A stretch of 63,612 bases of DNA, filler included, from Bonamia ostreae (GCA_040357525.1; 52 parts of 52 records of this genome joined end to end with filler, not necessarily neighbours in it), one strand, 5' to 3'; shown: positions 36,411 to 49,897, counted from the whole stretch's first letter. Notes: a model not told the origin generated them from the letters alone. Numbers and translations are program-made.

Positions 36411-39400
36411 AACTCTCTGAAGATAAGATTTAAACATTTTTGATATGCAATTTATTGAAGTCATTTTTTGTTTTATAATTTGATTAGACTCTGGAGTTTA
36501 CCATTTAAACTTGATGCCAATGTACAAATGGATATGTCCTGTCCATGTACACATGGATATTGGGAATAAATAACTTAGATTTGATAGTCATATTTTGTCA
36601 ATCTAATAAAAATAAACTGTTTTCAGAACAGCACGATTGTTGTTTTTCTCTCTTTTTTTCTTCTTTTTGTTTGTTTGTTTGTTAGATTCGGTTCATAGGT
36701 CCAATATATCTAATTTCAGGACAAAAATNNNNNNNNNNNNNNNNNNNNNNNNNNNNNNNNNNNNNNNNNNNNTTAATTAATTAANNNNNNNNNNNNNNNN
36801 NNNNNNNNNNNNNNNNNNNNNNNNNNNNAAAAAATCTAATAATGGTTACCCCTTATGCATTGGAGATCACAATATTTAATGTGAAAAGGTATTATTTTGA
36901 AATTCATTTTGTGCTTCATAAATTTCTATACATGAACAATCATTATTGTAAAATTGAAAAAAAAAATTGTTGAAAAGAAACGACAAAAACCCACTTTTCC
37001 ATATTCATTATCAAATCAATTACATATGATTGCGCTACAAGTTTGAATATAATGTATCCGAAAATTTTCCAAATGGGCACTAGTATTTTGATAATCCAAA
37101 AGCTGAAAATGAATTAATAATCGCATAGTAACGATTCAATATCACACTCAATAGAGTAAATGGAAGAAGCGGATTAGAAGATGTGAACACGTCTTTTGCA
37201 ATCAGTGTAGCGGAACGCCTCGAGTGATAAGCAAAGGCATCGGGATATCAGTATGTCCTGCGAAGAATTGCCGTGAATTATTTTTTATCACATTGCCATA
37301 TGCTGAAGTGGAAGAGGAGAGAGAAAACGTGGTATTTATGTTTACCTTTGTACAACATCATTTGACATAAAGAGGTGTTCAAATACATGCATAGAGCTAT
37401 ATACTTTACAATTAATATACGGTTAATATCGCACTGTTTGTCTTTACTTCATATTTCCACCAAATTATTAAAATCTTACAAAACGAAGCCATAATCTAAG
37501 GCATATTTATTAGCCTACAGTGACGATCCACGATGTTTCTTTACTCACGTATGACGGCTGTATTAGCTTGGATCACTCCACCTATCGATTATGGAAAGTT
37601 ATATTCCTTATCATTTCTTAATTTTTATCCAACGAAATCAGTCTTGCTTTCGTACTCAATGGTAAACATGGCGATCATCACGGAGCAACATGTCAACAGA
37701 TAAACAGGCATATGTAACCTGTTCTATTCAAATTCTTTGACATAGATCCAGAATAGAAACATACGGTTGCTGCGTCTATGTTCTTTCTCTCATTTTTGGT
37801 AACGATGTGGTGCTATAATTTGTATGGCTTCCTAGAGAGGACATGGTGGGAAATACGTATGAAAAATAGAAGACAGCGTAATGCAGAAAGTGGTACATGT
37901 TTTTAAATGTCTGTAAACTAGAATTTTAATAGATACAAGGTGAAGATAACGANNNNNNNNNNNNNNNNNNNNNNNNNNNNNNNNNNNNNNNNNNNNTTAA
38001 TTAATTAANNNNNNNNNNNNNNNNNNNNNNNNNNNNNNNNNNNNNNNNNNNNAATGTTCTTTACGACAGTGTCCTACACCAGGAGTGAACGTCAATAATC
38101 ATACTAAACGTTGACCAATACAATAAAGAACGCTGAGGTCTACAGCCATAAGCGCCAAAATATCAATCAACAGTGTTGGTAGTTCACCCCAAATTGATGA
38201 AGCCTCACTGTAAGTAAAAACTGAAATACCTTTTTCTTTTTTCTGCTCAATTGCTTGCATCCTTTTTTCCTCTGTAATAGATAAGGAACAAAATGCATCA
38301 GATGGCTTAGAAAGCGGAATCAAAATGAGGACTTATTCTTTCATTGAAAACCAAGTACCTTGTATTCTATTTTCTCTGACCCTGGATTCTGCCAAACATT
38401 CTGCATAACATAAAAAATTACAAATGACAATCAGGTGTGGACAATATTCATTTTTTGTGATTTTCAAGGACTAAACTTGGTTTGGCGCAAACATACATGT
38501 AGTGTTGTAAATTGAGTTTGTAATATGATACATATATGATCTTTTTTCATGTACCTAAATATCGTTCTAATGATTGCGACCTGAACATACAATGTAATAT
38601 GCGTTACGTTTGTCCAATCAATGTAAAGATACACTGTATCGATACGGAATATATTTGCAAACTCACATCATATGATTACCTGCACCTGGATCAAATATAT
38701 AGTGGTTTATCCAACAGAGAAAAAAAGATTCATCAATGGGCTATATCTTTTCAAGTTTTTGCTCTCGAGCATTGCACTGCATAACCCAATTTGCGTGATT
38801 TGTATATGAGTCTGTGGTATTCTGGTTTTGATCCATTTCATTTCATATGTAGATTATTGCTAAATAAGTTCTTATTGGTTTGAAATCATCATTGCATGTA
38901 TCTATAAGCATGTTCAGAAAACTGTTCTTGTCACATTTGAATACTTTTGACTTTCTTGAAAACTAAAAATGCATTCGATAAAAAGGCATTTATTTCTTTA
39001 GAAATCCATGGTCAATGAATCACCTCTGCATAGTCAGTTTCTTGTAGACAGTGACATTTCAATCACGGCTGATTCTGTATTTTTAAGTTGTAAAGTGTTT
39101 TTATCCATAGTCAAACGAATAAAAGAAATTAATGTTAATGGCATAAAGTAGCAGCATTTTCATGTATGTGAAATGTNNNNNNNNNNNNNNNNNNNNNNNN
39201 NNNNNNNNNNNNNNNNNNNNTTAATTAATTAANNNNNNNNNNNNNNNNNNNNNNNNNNNNNNNNNNNNNNNNNNNNCACTCTGCATATCATTTTATTAGT
39301 TATAATATTACGTTATAAGGTTAATGAAGAGCGGTCGTTGTCATAGTTAGGGTGGTAAATGGATGATTTGTCATTTGGGGAAAACGTTACAATAGAAAAA

Positions 39401-40998
39401 GAAATAATTTAAAAGCCGGGGTCACTGGAATTCAAATAAGCGTGTTATGCTTAATTGATCAATTGTATCATGTTGTAAAATCATTAGATAATCTACCTTT
39501 TTTGAATGAAAATGGGTATTCATCAAATTGATCAACAGTTTAATTATAGAATCATTGATTTTTTTCCTACACTGGAATTATTTTTGAATGGCTCACTTCC
39601 ACCATACACGTATTTGATAACCCGGTCGTGTATGTTATGCACGCAGTGATTGTACTTTTAAATGCCGTTGCCACCGATAGATCGATTGAATATAAAGTTT
39701 AGTCAATATTGCACCAGGTACATGTAGCAGGTAAAACCGATGACCCAAATAACTGTTACGAAATATCCAACCTATTCCGCCAGGTATAAAAACAACATTG
39801 GGTGTAACAGATTTGACATTTCGCACAGTTAGGACAAGTATAATCACATCTACAGAGGTGATATCAAATGCAATCACACATGTTGACTGATACTTGTTAT
39901 GCTTAAATGAGTGACGATTATACTATGTATGGATAAAAACAAAATAAAGACTTACAGCGATACGTGGACATTGTATTGGATAAATTCCATGAGTTGCGCA
40001 GCAAATCATGCTCAACACAAAATAATCCTGGAATATCCCCCATTGGTTTTGAGGTGCTTGTAGGGTAGTGATGGGTCCAATGTTGGATAAAGTGTAAAAT
40101 AACTGCATCTTGCAAATTATTTATGAAAACACAATTATTAGGTCATTTAATAGTTTTCCTATTTCAAGTAATTTGCTCATTGTCCCTGTCAGCAATAACG
40201 TGGTTGGCTTGTATTTTAAACACTGTTACAGTATTGATCATGCGCTACATCCATTCCTAGGAGTTAGCATTCGTGTCATTTATAAGTGATTTTAAGATTC
40301 TAGTGAGCAAGCATAATGCTATATCAAAACTGTGTTTCTAACGACATTTATATCAACCGCTGTAACAAAATCAACACCAACGATTTCGTTTTTTTTATTA
40401 NNNNNNNNNNNNNNNNNNNNNNNNNNNNNNNNNNNNNNNNNNNNTTAATTAATTAANNNNNNNNNNNNNNNNNNNNNNNNNNNNNNNNNNNNNNNNNNNN
40501 TTGGAAGAAAACAAGAGATTGAATGTCAACCTGAAATGAGTTAAGTATCTTGGTCGGTTCGGGATTATTGGTCTCCGAATCGATCTACCGAGAAATTCGA
40601 ATAATTCTATGTGGAGACGATCCCATCACACAATGAAGATAATCTGAGCTTGCTAGCTTGTTAACACTGACAACATGAAGGCTTCGCTGGTCAATATATT
40701 TAAAACCATCAGGCTTTTAAAGAACAGTGCGAGTGAAAAAATAACTTGTTTTTTCTCAACATTAACTATTTATTGTTGAATATTTAAGTTACTAAATATT
40801 TTTATTAAACACCTTAATTTAAACTATCCTTGTATAGAAATAATTGAAAAATCGAGGAAAATTATCTATTTTAAATAATATTAATATATAACATAATAAT
40901 AAAAATAATATTAAAAATTATCAATAATAATAATTGATCAACAATAATTTTAAATAATGTGATTGTTTAGTTAAAGTATTGTTAGTGAGCAACCATAT

Positions 40999-41624
40999 TT
41001 ATTGATAAAAATTTAATTGAATTTGCTTTTGCAAATAATTTAAAAATTGCTCATATGATAGTTGCTCAAATTGATCTTTTTTCGAATCTTTAAAAGAGTC
41101 TTCCACTAAATATCTAGGATTGTTATATATATCATTAACATTTCTAGTTATACCATCATAAATTTCATCATCATTTTCATCAGAAAGATTAGTTAAAAAC
41201 AGCGTTTTCGTAACCCCATTAAAGTATGAGTACGATTTTTTATTTGACAACGTTTTGAAACTCAAGTTTATAATGTCTTTTTCCTCGATATTTTTATTAA
41301 TTATATTAATTTCAGACAATTTAGGATAAATGAATATTGAAGATCCTAGACTGTCACTCGAAATTATATAATTCTCACAAATTTTTTTTTCGATATCTAA
41401 TATATAAGTATCAAATATTTTACATTTTATTAGAGCCAATGTAAATCTTTTATGTTGTTAATAAAACAATGGAAAATATTTTAGAGTATCTGGAATTATT
41501 AACTCAAAACTTTCTTTGTTGTTTATGCAATGTCTTTTAAACGAAGATAGAACTTTGATGCATGCTTTAACTATGGCTTTTTTGTAATCTAATATTTCTT
41601 TAATTTTTATTTCTCTTATCGCCT
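40999..41624 (-). CDS. SEC24: COPII coat Sec24 C-terminal part
   Basis: CIKVLSSFKRHC..ELIIPDTLKYFP|LFTLALIK across 21-nt intron 41447-41467, IYPKL, and terminal LVED..LSYEQFLNYLQKQI. Confidence 0.85.
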
Positions 41625-44345
41625 NNNNNNNNNNNNNNNNNNNNNNNNNNNNNNNNNNNNNNNNNNNNTTAATTAATTAANNNNNNNNNNNNNNNNNNNN
41701 NNNNNNNNNNNNNNNNNNNNNNNNGGGGGATCTGTGAGATCTACATTTGGGTTTCTCATAATAGTCTTAAGCACATACATAATGTTTTGAAAGAAAAGTT
41801 TAGAGTGAGAGACATGTCGATGAGGAGATAAGGTTAGTGCATATTTCTTACATGCCCGAAGGTCTCTACGAAGATGGTGAAACCTAATGTTGAAAAAGAA
41901 ATACAGAAACGTAAATGAATCTGTGGTGTTTTCTGATTTTTGTATCTTTATTCATGTTTGTTTATAGAAATGTATTTTGATCTGTCTATAAAGGTAATTG
42001 ACGGTATACATGAACCATTTCCATATTACATATACGTTTCACATAACTTTATCAAAATTGATAACTCGACAGGTGTCTGGAATTTCGTTCAACAACTAAA
42101 CATTTCGGCATGCCTTTGAACTTTCAACATTCTGTTTTGGTGAAATTTTCTCTCTCCAATTGTGGTCAATGGAATTTTCAGATCGTTGCTCTGAAATAAA
42201 TGCAGATGTATAGGTCATGTAAAGTTTATTCGTGAAAGTTAAAAAAGTGTTTCAGCCTACGCAATGAATTCAGTGTTAAGGAATGCTCATCACATGTTGA
42301 AAATAGTTGTTAATGTTTAGCCGATCTATGTACAGTCTTCAAATAAATGTATATAATGATTAAACACTAATGTTCATCAAAAGTCCCATATTCGATACAT
42401 CAGTAGCCACAAAAATTTTTCATCAAATCTTATTATACTTTAAAGCACAGTCTGTACTTCATAACCATTTCCTAGTACACTGTAAGTTTATTGTTTGTTG
42501 GGTTTTTCGCGGATAATCGTGGCTTAGTTTAGCGGTTTGATATCATGCCGCCAAAATTTACATCCAGATGTGTTTGCAATCTAAATATGTAGGTTATCAA
42601 GAACGATAATTCTGCCAGTTTAGTTTAGCATAACTACGGATGATTTCGTCGTAATACATGGCATGCCTCTGTATGTATTTATTTCTAATAAAATCTTTGA
42701 TCATAATGCATAGCAGTTGTGGTTTATTCTGTCAAATGTAAATTTTTCAGCTTGGGGGATAATTTTTTTTCTATTTCGGTTGTTGCAGACGTTTTCAATA
42801 TATGTAATTACCACTACACTACTTATCAATTTGTCGATGGAATTCCATNNNNNNNNNNNNNNNNNNNNNNNNNNNNNNNNNNNNNNNNNNNNTTAATTAA
42901 TTAANNNNNNNNNNNNNNNNNNNNNNNNNNNNNNNNNNNNNNNNNNNNATGAATCCCCGCGAAGTTTGTTTACAACAAAAAAGAACAGACTTACGAGGTT
43001 TGTACAAACTTCCGGTCTTCTGATGGGAAGCTTTCTTACCGCTTTAAACAATGTCATATGTTGTATAACAATGTGGAAGGCGCAGATAACCCTACACAGG
43101 GAAGCACCATCGCTGCAGCGAAAGATAACTTTGAAAATAAATTGAAGAATAATCACTCCTTTACAAATGGAGAAAATGATAGGTCTGTGTTACTTTCATA
43201 GTACATATTGTAAGGCAATTTATGACGGATTGTAGACTCTAGAAAGGGTGAAGGAATTCGAGTTGAATTTCAACTACAGTTGAGTATTTCTATTGATCTA
43301 TGTATCTATGTATTTGGCTATATTGTTTATGGGGAAATGGTATATTTTCTATATATTGATCATGTTCAATTTCGTCCAGCATAAAACCATGAAGACATCA
43401 ACTCATATATTGTATCCTTCGAATTCAAAGGATTGAAAACACTAATTCAAAAGTGGATCCATGCATTCTTTTTCAATTTAGTGAAAGAAACTTCTTGCGA
43501 GTGGTCATACATATTCATTACTCGAGCAGAATGTAATCCACAGTATATTGCATATTTATACAAATTGCCACCCAAAATTGATCCTGGGCATCAGTGAAGA
43601 TAACTTTGGCAAACTGGAAACAGAATGTTCAAGAATATTTCAAGGAATCAGTTACTGTTCGTGTATGGTTTCCCATACTTACTCCCCAAACTACAGTTGT
43701 ATTTCCAAGTTACGTTTGAAATGAAACAAATTTTTTATTTGACCGAAACAGAGTCCCCTTTCCTTAATATATTGTTTTACAAGATTGACCTAGAGTTTCT
43801 AGAGAAAGATGTACCCAAAGTAACTAACAAACAAGTAACTACGACAAGGATTAGTCAGAAAAAAATCTTAAACCAAGGTACTAGACACAAAATGACATAA
43901 GGAATGATTGAGGCAGGGAGGTGTACACAAACGATTTATTTCAAAAGCTATAACCATTCTTCTACTGATTATTAAAGCGACAGATATATACAATATGAAC
44001 GTATGACAAAATATGTAAGAATGATTATGATATACACATGTTAACGATCGTGATAGCGTGTTTTGTATTCGNNNNNNNNNNNNNNNNNNNNNNNNNNNNN
44101 NNNNNNNNNNNNNNNTTAATTAATTAANNNNNNNNNNNNNNNNNNNNNNNNNNNNNNNNNNNNNNNNNNNNAAACAATAAAAATAATCAAATTATGCCAT
44201 CCTCTAAAAATCGTCAAAAATATAAAATTTTAAACAAAAAAAATTAAAAAAAACGTGAATTGCAAAAATATAAGATAACAAAATTCCATGTAACAAAAAG
44301 AAGAAAACAGTTTTAAGTTTAGATTATTTTGTCTTCCGATCAAAT

Positions 44346-44720
44346 TTGGAAGATAAAACGAGATATTTGGCAGACGATTGTTTAAGCAAATCGAATCGCA
44401 AAGAAATAATTTTTCGAAACGAAAATTCGAAAAAGACAAAAACTTTAGTTTTAAGCTCTATCGGACTTTTAATGTTATCTGAATTTTTAAAGAATTTGTT
44501 AATCGAAAGAGATAAAAAACAGTTTAACAAAATCGCAAAAAATTTTCATCTTTTTTCTGAAAATGTTTGTCCAAAATTGATAAAATTGATCGGAGACAGT
44601 TTAGAACAAACAAAGAAAAATTTTGAAAAGGCTTTAAAAAAGTCCGATTTTGTAGATAAGAATGATTTTTTTAAAAAAGAAAGTTTGAAAAGTGATTTGA
44701 AATTAATAAATTGTTTTTAA
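44346..44720 (+). CDS. Hypothetical protein, 3' part (protist-like)
   Basis: 124-codon ORF in gene-dense AT-rich contig; start unresolved. Confidence 0.5.
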   Translation: MEDKTRYLADDCLSKSNRKEIIFRNENSKKTKTLVLSSIGLLMLSEFLKNLLIERDKKQFNKIAKNFHLFSENVCPKLIKLIGDSLEQTKKNFEKALKKSDFVDKNDFFKKESLKSDLKLINCF

Positions 44721-44816
44721 TTGTCTCAAATTTTTTCTTTTTTAACGAAAAAACATAAATTAAATCTTTGCAAAAAAGTGCACTTTTTTGACTAAAAAAT
44801 TCAAATTTAAAAAGAA

Positions 44817-45294
44817 ATGTCTTTTAATAAAACAAAAAATTACATTGAAAGTCCGAAAGCTTTAAAAAATCTGAAAACTCCTCTTACTCCTCGTCTTTCC
44901 GGTCTTACAAAATCATTGACAATCGATCCGAAAAACGTTTGTTACCACCGTAAAAACCTCTTTGAAACATGTACAAGAACATTTACCGCTGACTCAAACA
45001 GTTTTTTGTTGTGCGAAAAAAATGGCGTTTCGAGAGAAAACGAAGAAAATATTGATTTTCTCAAAAACAAAGAAAAAACAACCGATTTTGATAATAAAGA
45101 AAATGAGTGCAATGTTTTTTCCGATTTTGATTTGCAAAATGACGAGAACATCGAGATTAATAATTTTGTAACATTTAAATCTCTTTTTGAAGTAAAGAAA
45201 AAGAATGTGAAAAGTCGATTAAATGGAAATTGCGAAATAAATAACGAAAAAAATAAAAATAACGCTTTAATGGGAAAAGTTATTCTTGTCCAGA
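44817..45294 (+). CDS. Hypothetical protein with SP/TP sites, 5' part (protist-like)
   Basis: ATG-initiated ORF open to contig end; SPK, TPLTPR, RKNLF. Confidence 0.55.
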
Positions 45295-45394
45295 NNNNNN
45301 NNNNNNNNNNNNNNNNNNNNNNNNNNNNNNNNNNNNNNTTAATTAATTAANNNNNNNNNNNNNNNNNNNNNNNNNNNNNNNNNNNNNNNNNNNN

Positions 45395-45835
45395 TCGTCC
45401 ATTTTTAGTTTATTGCAATTTTTTTGGCAATTTTGACAATTTAACTTTTTCGTTCATTTTTTGTTTATTGCAATTTTTTTGGCAATTTTGAAATTTAACT
45501 TTTTCGTCCATTTTTAGTTTATTGCAATTTTTTTTGGCAATTTAACTTTTTCGTCCATTTTTAGTTTATTGCAATTTTTTTGGCAATTTTGACAATTTAA
45601 CTTTTCGTCCATTTTTAGTTTATTGCAATTTTTTTTACAATTTAACTTTTTCGTTCATTTTTTGTTTTTGCAATTTTTTTTGGCAATTTTGACAATTTAA
45701 CTTTTTCGTCCATTTTTTGTTTTGCAATTTTTTTTTGGCAATTTTGACAATTTAACTTTTTCGTACATTTTTTGTTTTTGCAATTTTTTTACAATTTAAC
45801 TTTTTCGTAAATTTTTTGTTTATTGCAATTTTTTA
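45395..45835. repeat. About 43-53-nt tandem repeat (aatttaactttttcgtccatttttagtttattgcaatttttttggc), probably intronic
   Basis: About 9 copies, followed by ctaaaaag acceptor and open exon DDPTFSKTFGEHTIELDGKK.. Confidence 0.9.
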
Positions 45836-46617
45836 ATATGCTAAAAAGGATGATCCGACATTTTCTAAAACATTCGGCGAACATACAATAGAACTTGATG
45901 GGAAGAAGATCGTCGGGATTAATATTTTCAAAGGACATAAGAACACGATCGAACTGTCCGCATTCAAAGCTGTCAATATTTACCACCTCTTAAAAACTTT
46001 TGGAATCGACAAAAATAAGTTAAATTTGGAAAACGGTTTGTTATCCAAATTTTGCTATTAAATCTTTAGTCGAAAATTCTAATTTTTCGACATTTTTGGA
46101 CTATTTTTTGTTATGTTAAATTTGGTTTAAACTAAAAATAGAATTTTGGGAGAAAGCGAAAATAAAATATGAAGAACCAAAAAATTATTACAGCGAAAAA
46201 ATGGAGAAGATAATCCAAGACGGAATATTGACGAAAAAGGTTAATTTTTTAAATTTAGCAACAATATTTTGGTTACGCGATAAAAACTTTTGTTTTGTTG
46301 GGAATTGCGTTGTTGCCGGTAAAATTGATGAATAACGAATAAAATATGGAAAACATTTAAACTTTAGTTTCCGGTTTTTCAAAGCGTTTTCTTTGGCTAA
46401 ATTTTAAAATTTTAAACTTGTAATGAAATTTGTAAAACGTCAAAACGTCGATCATTTCCAACTCCAAACCAAGCAAATTCTGCAACGTTTCCCTATTTTT
46501 GAAAATAAACGAAAATANNNNNNNNNNNNNNNNNNNNNNNNNNNNNNNNNNNNNNNNNNNNTTAATTAATTAANNNNNNNNNNNNNNNNNNNNNNNNNNN
46601 NNNNNNNNNNNNNNNNN

Positions 46618-47674
46618 GTAATAATGGTACTTCTAAAAAGTAAATTTAAAAATTAAAAATTAAAATATTAAATTTAAAAAACGGCCAACTTCTGCATTTT
46701 GAGGAGGATTGGGTGGTAATTTTCGGGTTTCTAAAAAGTAAATTTAAAAAACGGCCAACGTCTCCTTGTTGAGTTTGATTGGGTTGTAAATATATGATTT
46801 CGAAAAAATATATTTAAAAATTTAAAAACTGACTTCATCATAAACATAATAACCAGATTCTTTAAATTATTAAATTTAAAAATTTAGAAAAATCTAGATT
46901 TGGGATTTATAAAAAAATTCAAAACTTTTAAATAAAGTATATTTGTCGAATAAAAAATTTAAAAAACCTTCCGTTGGAATTGATGTTGCAAGAGAATATA
47001 CACTTCTTCCAAATTCTGGATTATTACTCGGATCAAAGACGAATTTAAGTAAATCAGATTTTATTTTAAAATTATTAAAAATATTGAAAATTAGCTAATG
47101 TAAATTTCTCAAATAAAAGATATAAAAAAACCGTCGGCAGGTACATATAATGGATTTATTTTCAGATCTCTAGTAGAAGAATCTAAGTAAATCAGATTTT
47201 ATTTTAAAATCATATTAAAAATATTGAAACTCGGATTTTGTTTTTTTTCATTAGTTTTTTGTATCTGTGTAGGTCTTATTCCTCCTTGACAGGCGTATTA
47301 AAAAAAACTTTGAGCATTTTGTCTAACTAATCTCGTATTTGGCAGCGATGATTCATCATCTGAATCTTCGGAAGTAGTTTGAGAATCTGATTTTAAATAT
47401 TGAAAAAACCAGATTTTGTACTCGGTGGGGCGGCATAACCGTATCGATCTTTAAATTTATTAAAAATAAAAAACATGATTGTTTTGTTGTCCCTTTATAA
47501 TTTTAAAAATATTGAAAAAAACCAGATCTTGTACTCGGTGGGGCGTCATAATCGAGTTGAGCTTTAAATTTGTTAAAAATAAAAAACATGATTGTTTTGT
47601 TGTCCCTTTATAATTTTAAAAATATTGAAAAAAACCAGATCTTGTACTCGGTGGGGCGTCATAATCGAGTTGAG
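46618..47674 (-). CDS. Mini-exon array encoding Tyr-motif and Pro-rich (SH2/PTB/SH3-ligand-like) disordered protein, partial
   Basis: Phase-1 exons 47674-47636, 47561-47523, 47448-47410 (39 nt each), 47386-47231, 47182-47132 (51), 47015-46968 (48), 46859-46830 (30), 46800-46753 (48), 46730-46683 (48), all lengths multiples of 3, with GTTT donors. Confidence 0.72.
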
Positions 47675-47740
47675 CTTTAAATTTGTTAAAAATAAAAAAC
47701 ATGATTGTTTTGTTGTCCCTTTATAATTTTAAAAATATTG
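47395..47740. repeat. 113-nt tandem repeat (exon+intron unit), 3 copies
   Basis: ccagatcttgtactcggtggggcgtcataatcgagttgagc units at 47410, 47523, 47636. Confidence 0.95.
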
Positions 47741-47840
47741 NNNNNNNNNNNNNNNNNNNNNNNNNNNNNNNNNNNNNNNNNNNNTTAATTAATTAANNNN
47801 NNNNNNNNNNNNNNNNNNNNNNNNNNNNNNNNNNNNNNNN

Positions 47841-48304
47841 GGATGTTCTTATAATTGTTGTTGAGGATATTAATGTTGTCGAAGATGTTGACGACGTTAT
47901 TTTCGAAGTTAGTGATGACATTGTTCCTGTCAAAGTTGTCCGAGATGTTGTTGCTGTGTCTGACGAAGGTGTTGTTATTACCGCTGATGAATGTGTTGAT
48001 GGTGCTGTGCTCGGTGTTGTTGTAGATGGAGCCGTTGTTGTTGATGGTGTTCTTTCTGATGATGTTGTTTCTATTGATGCTGTTATAGCAGCCGAATTTG
48101 TTGAATGTGGTATTGTGAAAGCTATCGATGGCGTCGGTCCTGTTGCTGTTGTTGATAGAGTTGTTGAAGATGTTATCGGAGCAGATGCTGTCGTTGTTCT
48201 TTCTATTATTGTGTTGGTGCTAGTTGTTGTGGATACGGTTGTTGTGAACGAGTCCGTTACTGATGTTGCATTTTGCGATGACTTTGATGCTTGATCGAGG
48301 CATG
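47841..48304 (-). CDS. Mucin-like Thr/Ser-rich exon (host-like), partial
   Basis: ttcacag acceptor then open frame SQNATSVTDSFTTTVSTTTSTNT..TTTAPSTTTPSTAPST to contig end. Confidence 0.8.
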
Positions 48305-49531
48305 CTGTGAATGAAATAATTAGTGTACTCCACCTTTACCGCACCGAATTACATGCGTGTGAATTTATATTAACGGTATTTATAGTTTGACTATTTGAGG
48401 GTTGTCTTAATTCTGCTGGAAAAATATACAAGACCATGCTTAAGTAGTCTGAAATCTGAGCATGATTTATGCAAGCATCCCTAATCAACTGGTCACACTC
48501 GGTGTGAGCCCTAAAACTTGATCAGGTAATCAGAGCAATCCGCAATCAACATTAGCATATAAAGAACGTCCTTACAATTGGGATGAAGTATGTTATACAG
48601 CATCTGACCCAATGATAGGTCTTATTTGTAAATAGGATTATTATAACAACGCGATGATTAGCCAAATCCCGACTCTCAACGAGACTGTTGAAACCACTGT
48701 GACACCAAACCGAGACTGTTGAAAACCCCGACACCTCAACTTATTTGTCAATAACCTGTTTCGATCTAAAACTGATCAAAAACAATCTATCAAAAATGTA
48801 TATATTTTTTAGATTTTATTTCATTATAGCTGTTTGTGAAAGCTTTGAAGCGTTGATACACCTTTAGAGATGAATACTTTTGGAATTACCTGTATTATAT
48901 GTCCATTTAAATGAATTGGCGGATGCATCACAGATTGTACAATAATCAGATTCGTTCGATTCNNNNNNNNNNNNNNNNNNNNNNNNNNNNNNNNNNNNNN
49001 NNNNNNTTAATTAATTAANNNNNNNNNNNNNNNNNNNNNNNNNNNNNNNNNNNNNNNNNNNNGTTCGTTATCTTCACCTTGCATGTAGAACATTAGAGGC
49101 AAAACATAAATTTATGGAAAACCGAAATGTATTTAGAATATAAAACTGTTAAGTGATGTATCTTATTCGGTATATGTACATGGGTTCATTTGACAGTTTT
49201 GAGAATTTCAATAGAATCTACAAAGTCAAAATACGATACATCTTTGGAAAATTGATATTTTGAATACAAATATCAAAATGCTCAACCTTGAAACTGGTAA
49301 GTATGACACGTCTAGGTTACTAATGGACATTGCTGATAGATACAATATGATAAACTACAATTGCCATCAAATGTAAATGAATTTGTCCATAACCTGTTAT
49401 TACCTGAACGTACATCATAAATTAACAACGCGATTATGAAAATGTATGTATGGTTGCTATTACCGGCACGCAGTACGCCCGATAAAACCTTGTTAAAATT
49501 TAATCATATACAAATAACATACATGTTTCTG

Positions 49532-49897
49532 CCTGTAACAAGTCCTGGCGAATCTTCTGAATCATTTGCAAGGTTTCTTGCTGTGTCCGCTGAGATATGT
49601 TACCTAAGCATAGATTACAATATTTGATTTGAATTCGTTGTCTTTCAATACAGTATGCTATGCACAGTTGGTTATCAAATAATTTATGCATTATGAATCG
49701 TTGAAGTGCTGAAAATGAAATCGGAGTGTACAAAAATTTACCTTCAAGGTCCCTCATTTCAATGCCAATTCCTCTAAATTTCTCTTTAAGCGCTGCTTCT
49801 GCAATAAGATTTTGTGCTTGCTTAAAGCGATCAAACGTATTGATGTATGAAGTGAAAGCGTGTGTAAATAACCATAGAAAAAGCAAAAACAATGAAA
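49532..49897 (-). CDS. Probable exons of membrane/coiled-coil protein (host-like)
   Basis: Hydrophobic FLLFLWLF then DRFKQAQNL..MRDLE|gtaaat donor; likely next exon GNISQRTQQETLQMIQKIRQDLLQ. Confidence 0.35.

Noticed and set aside
47956-48294. Val/Asp-rich plus-strand ORF
   Set aside because: Antisense of the mucin-like Thr-rich exon
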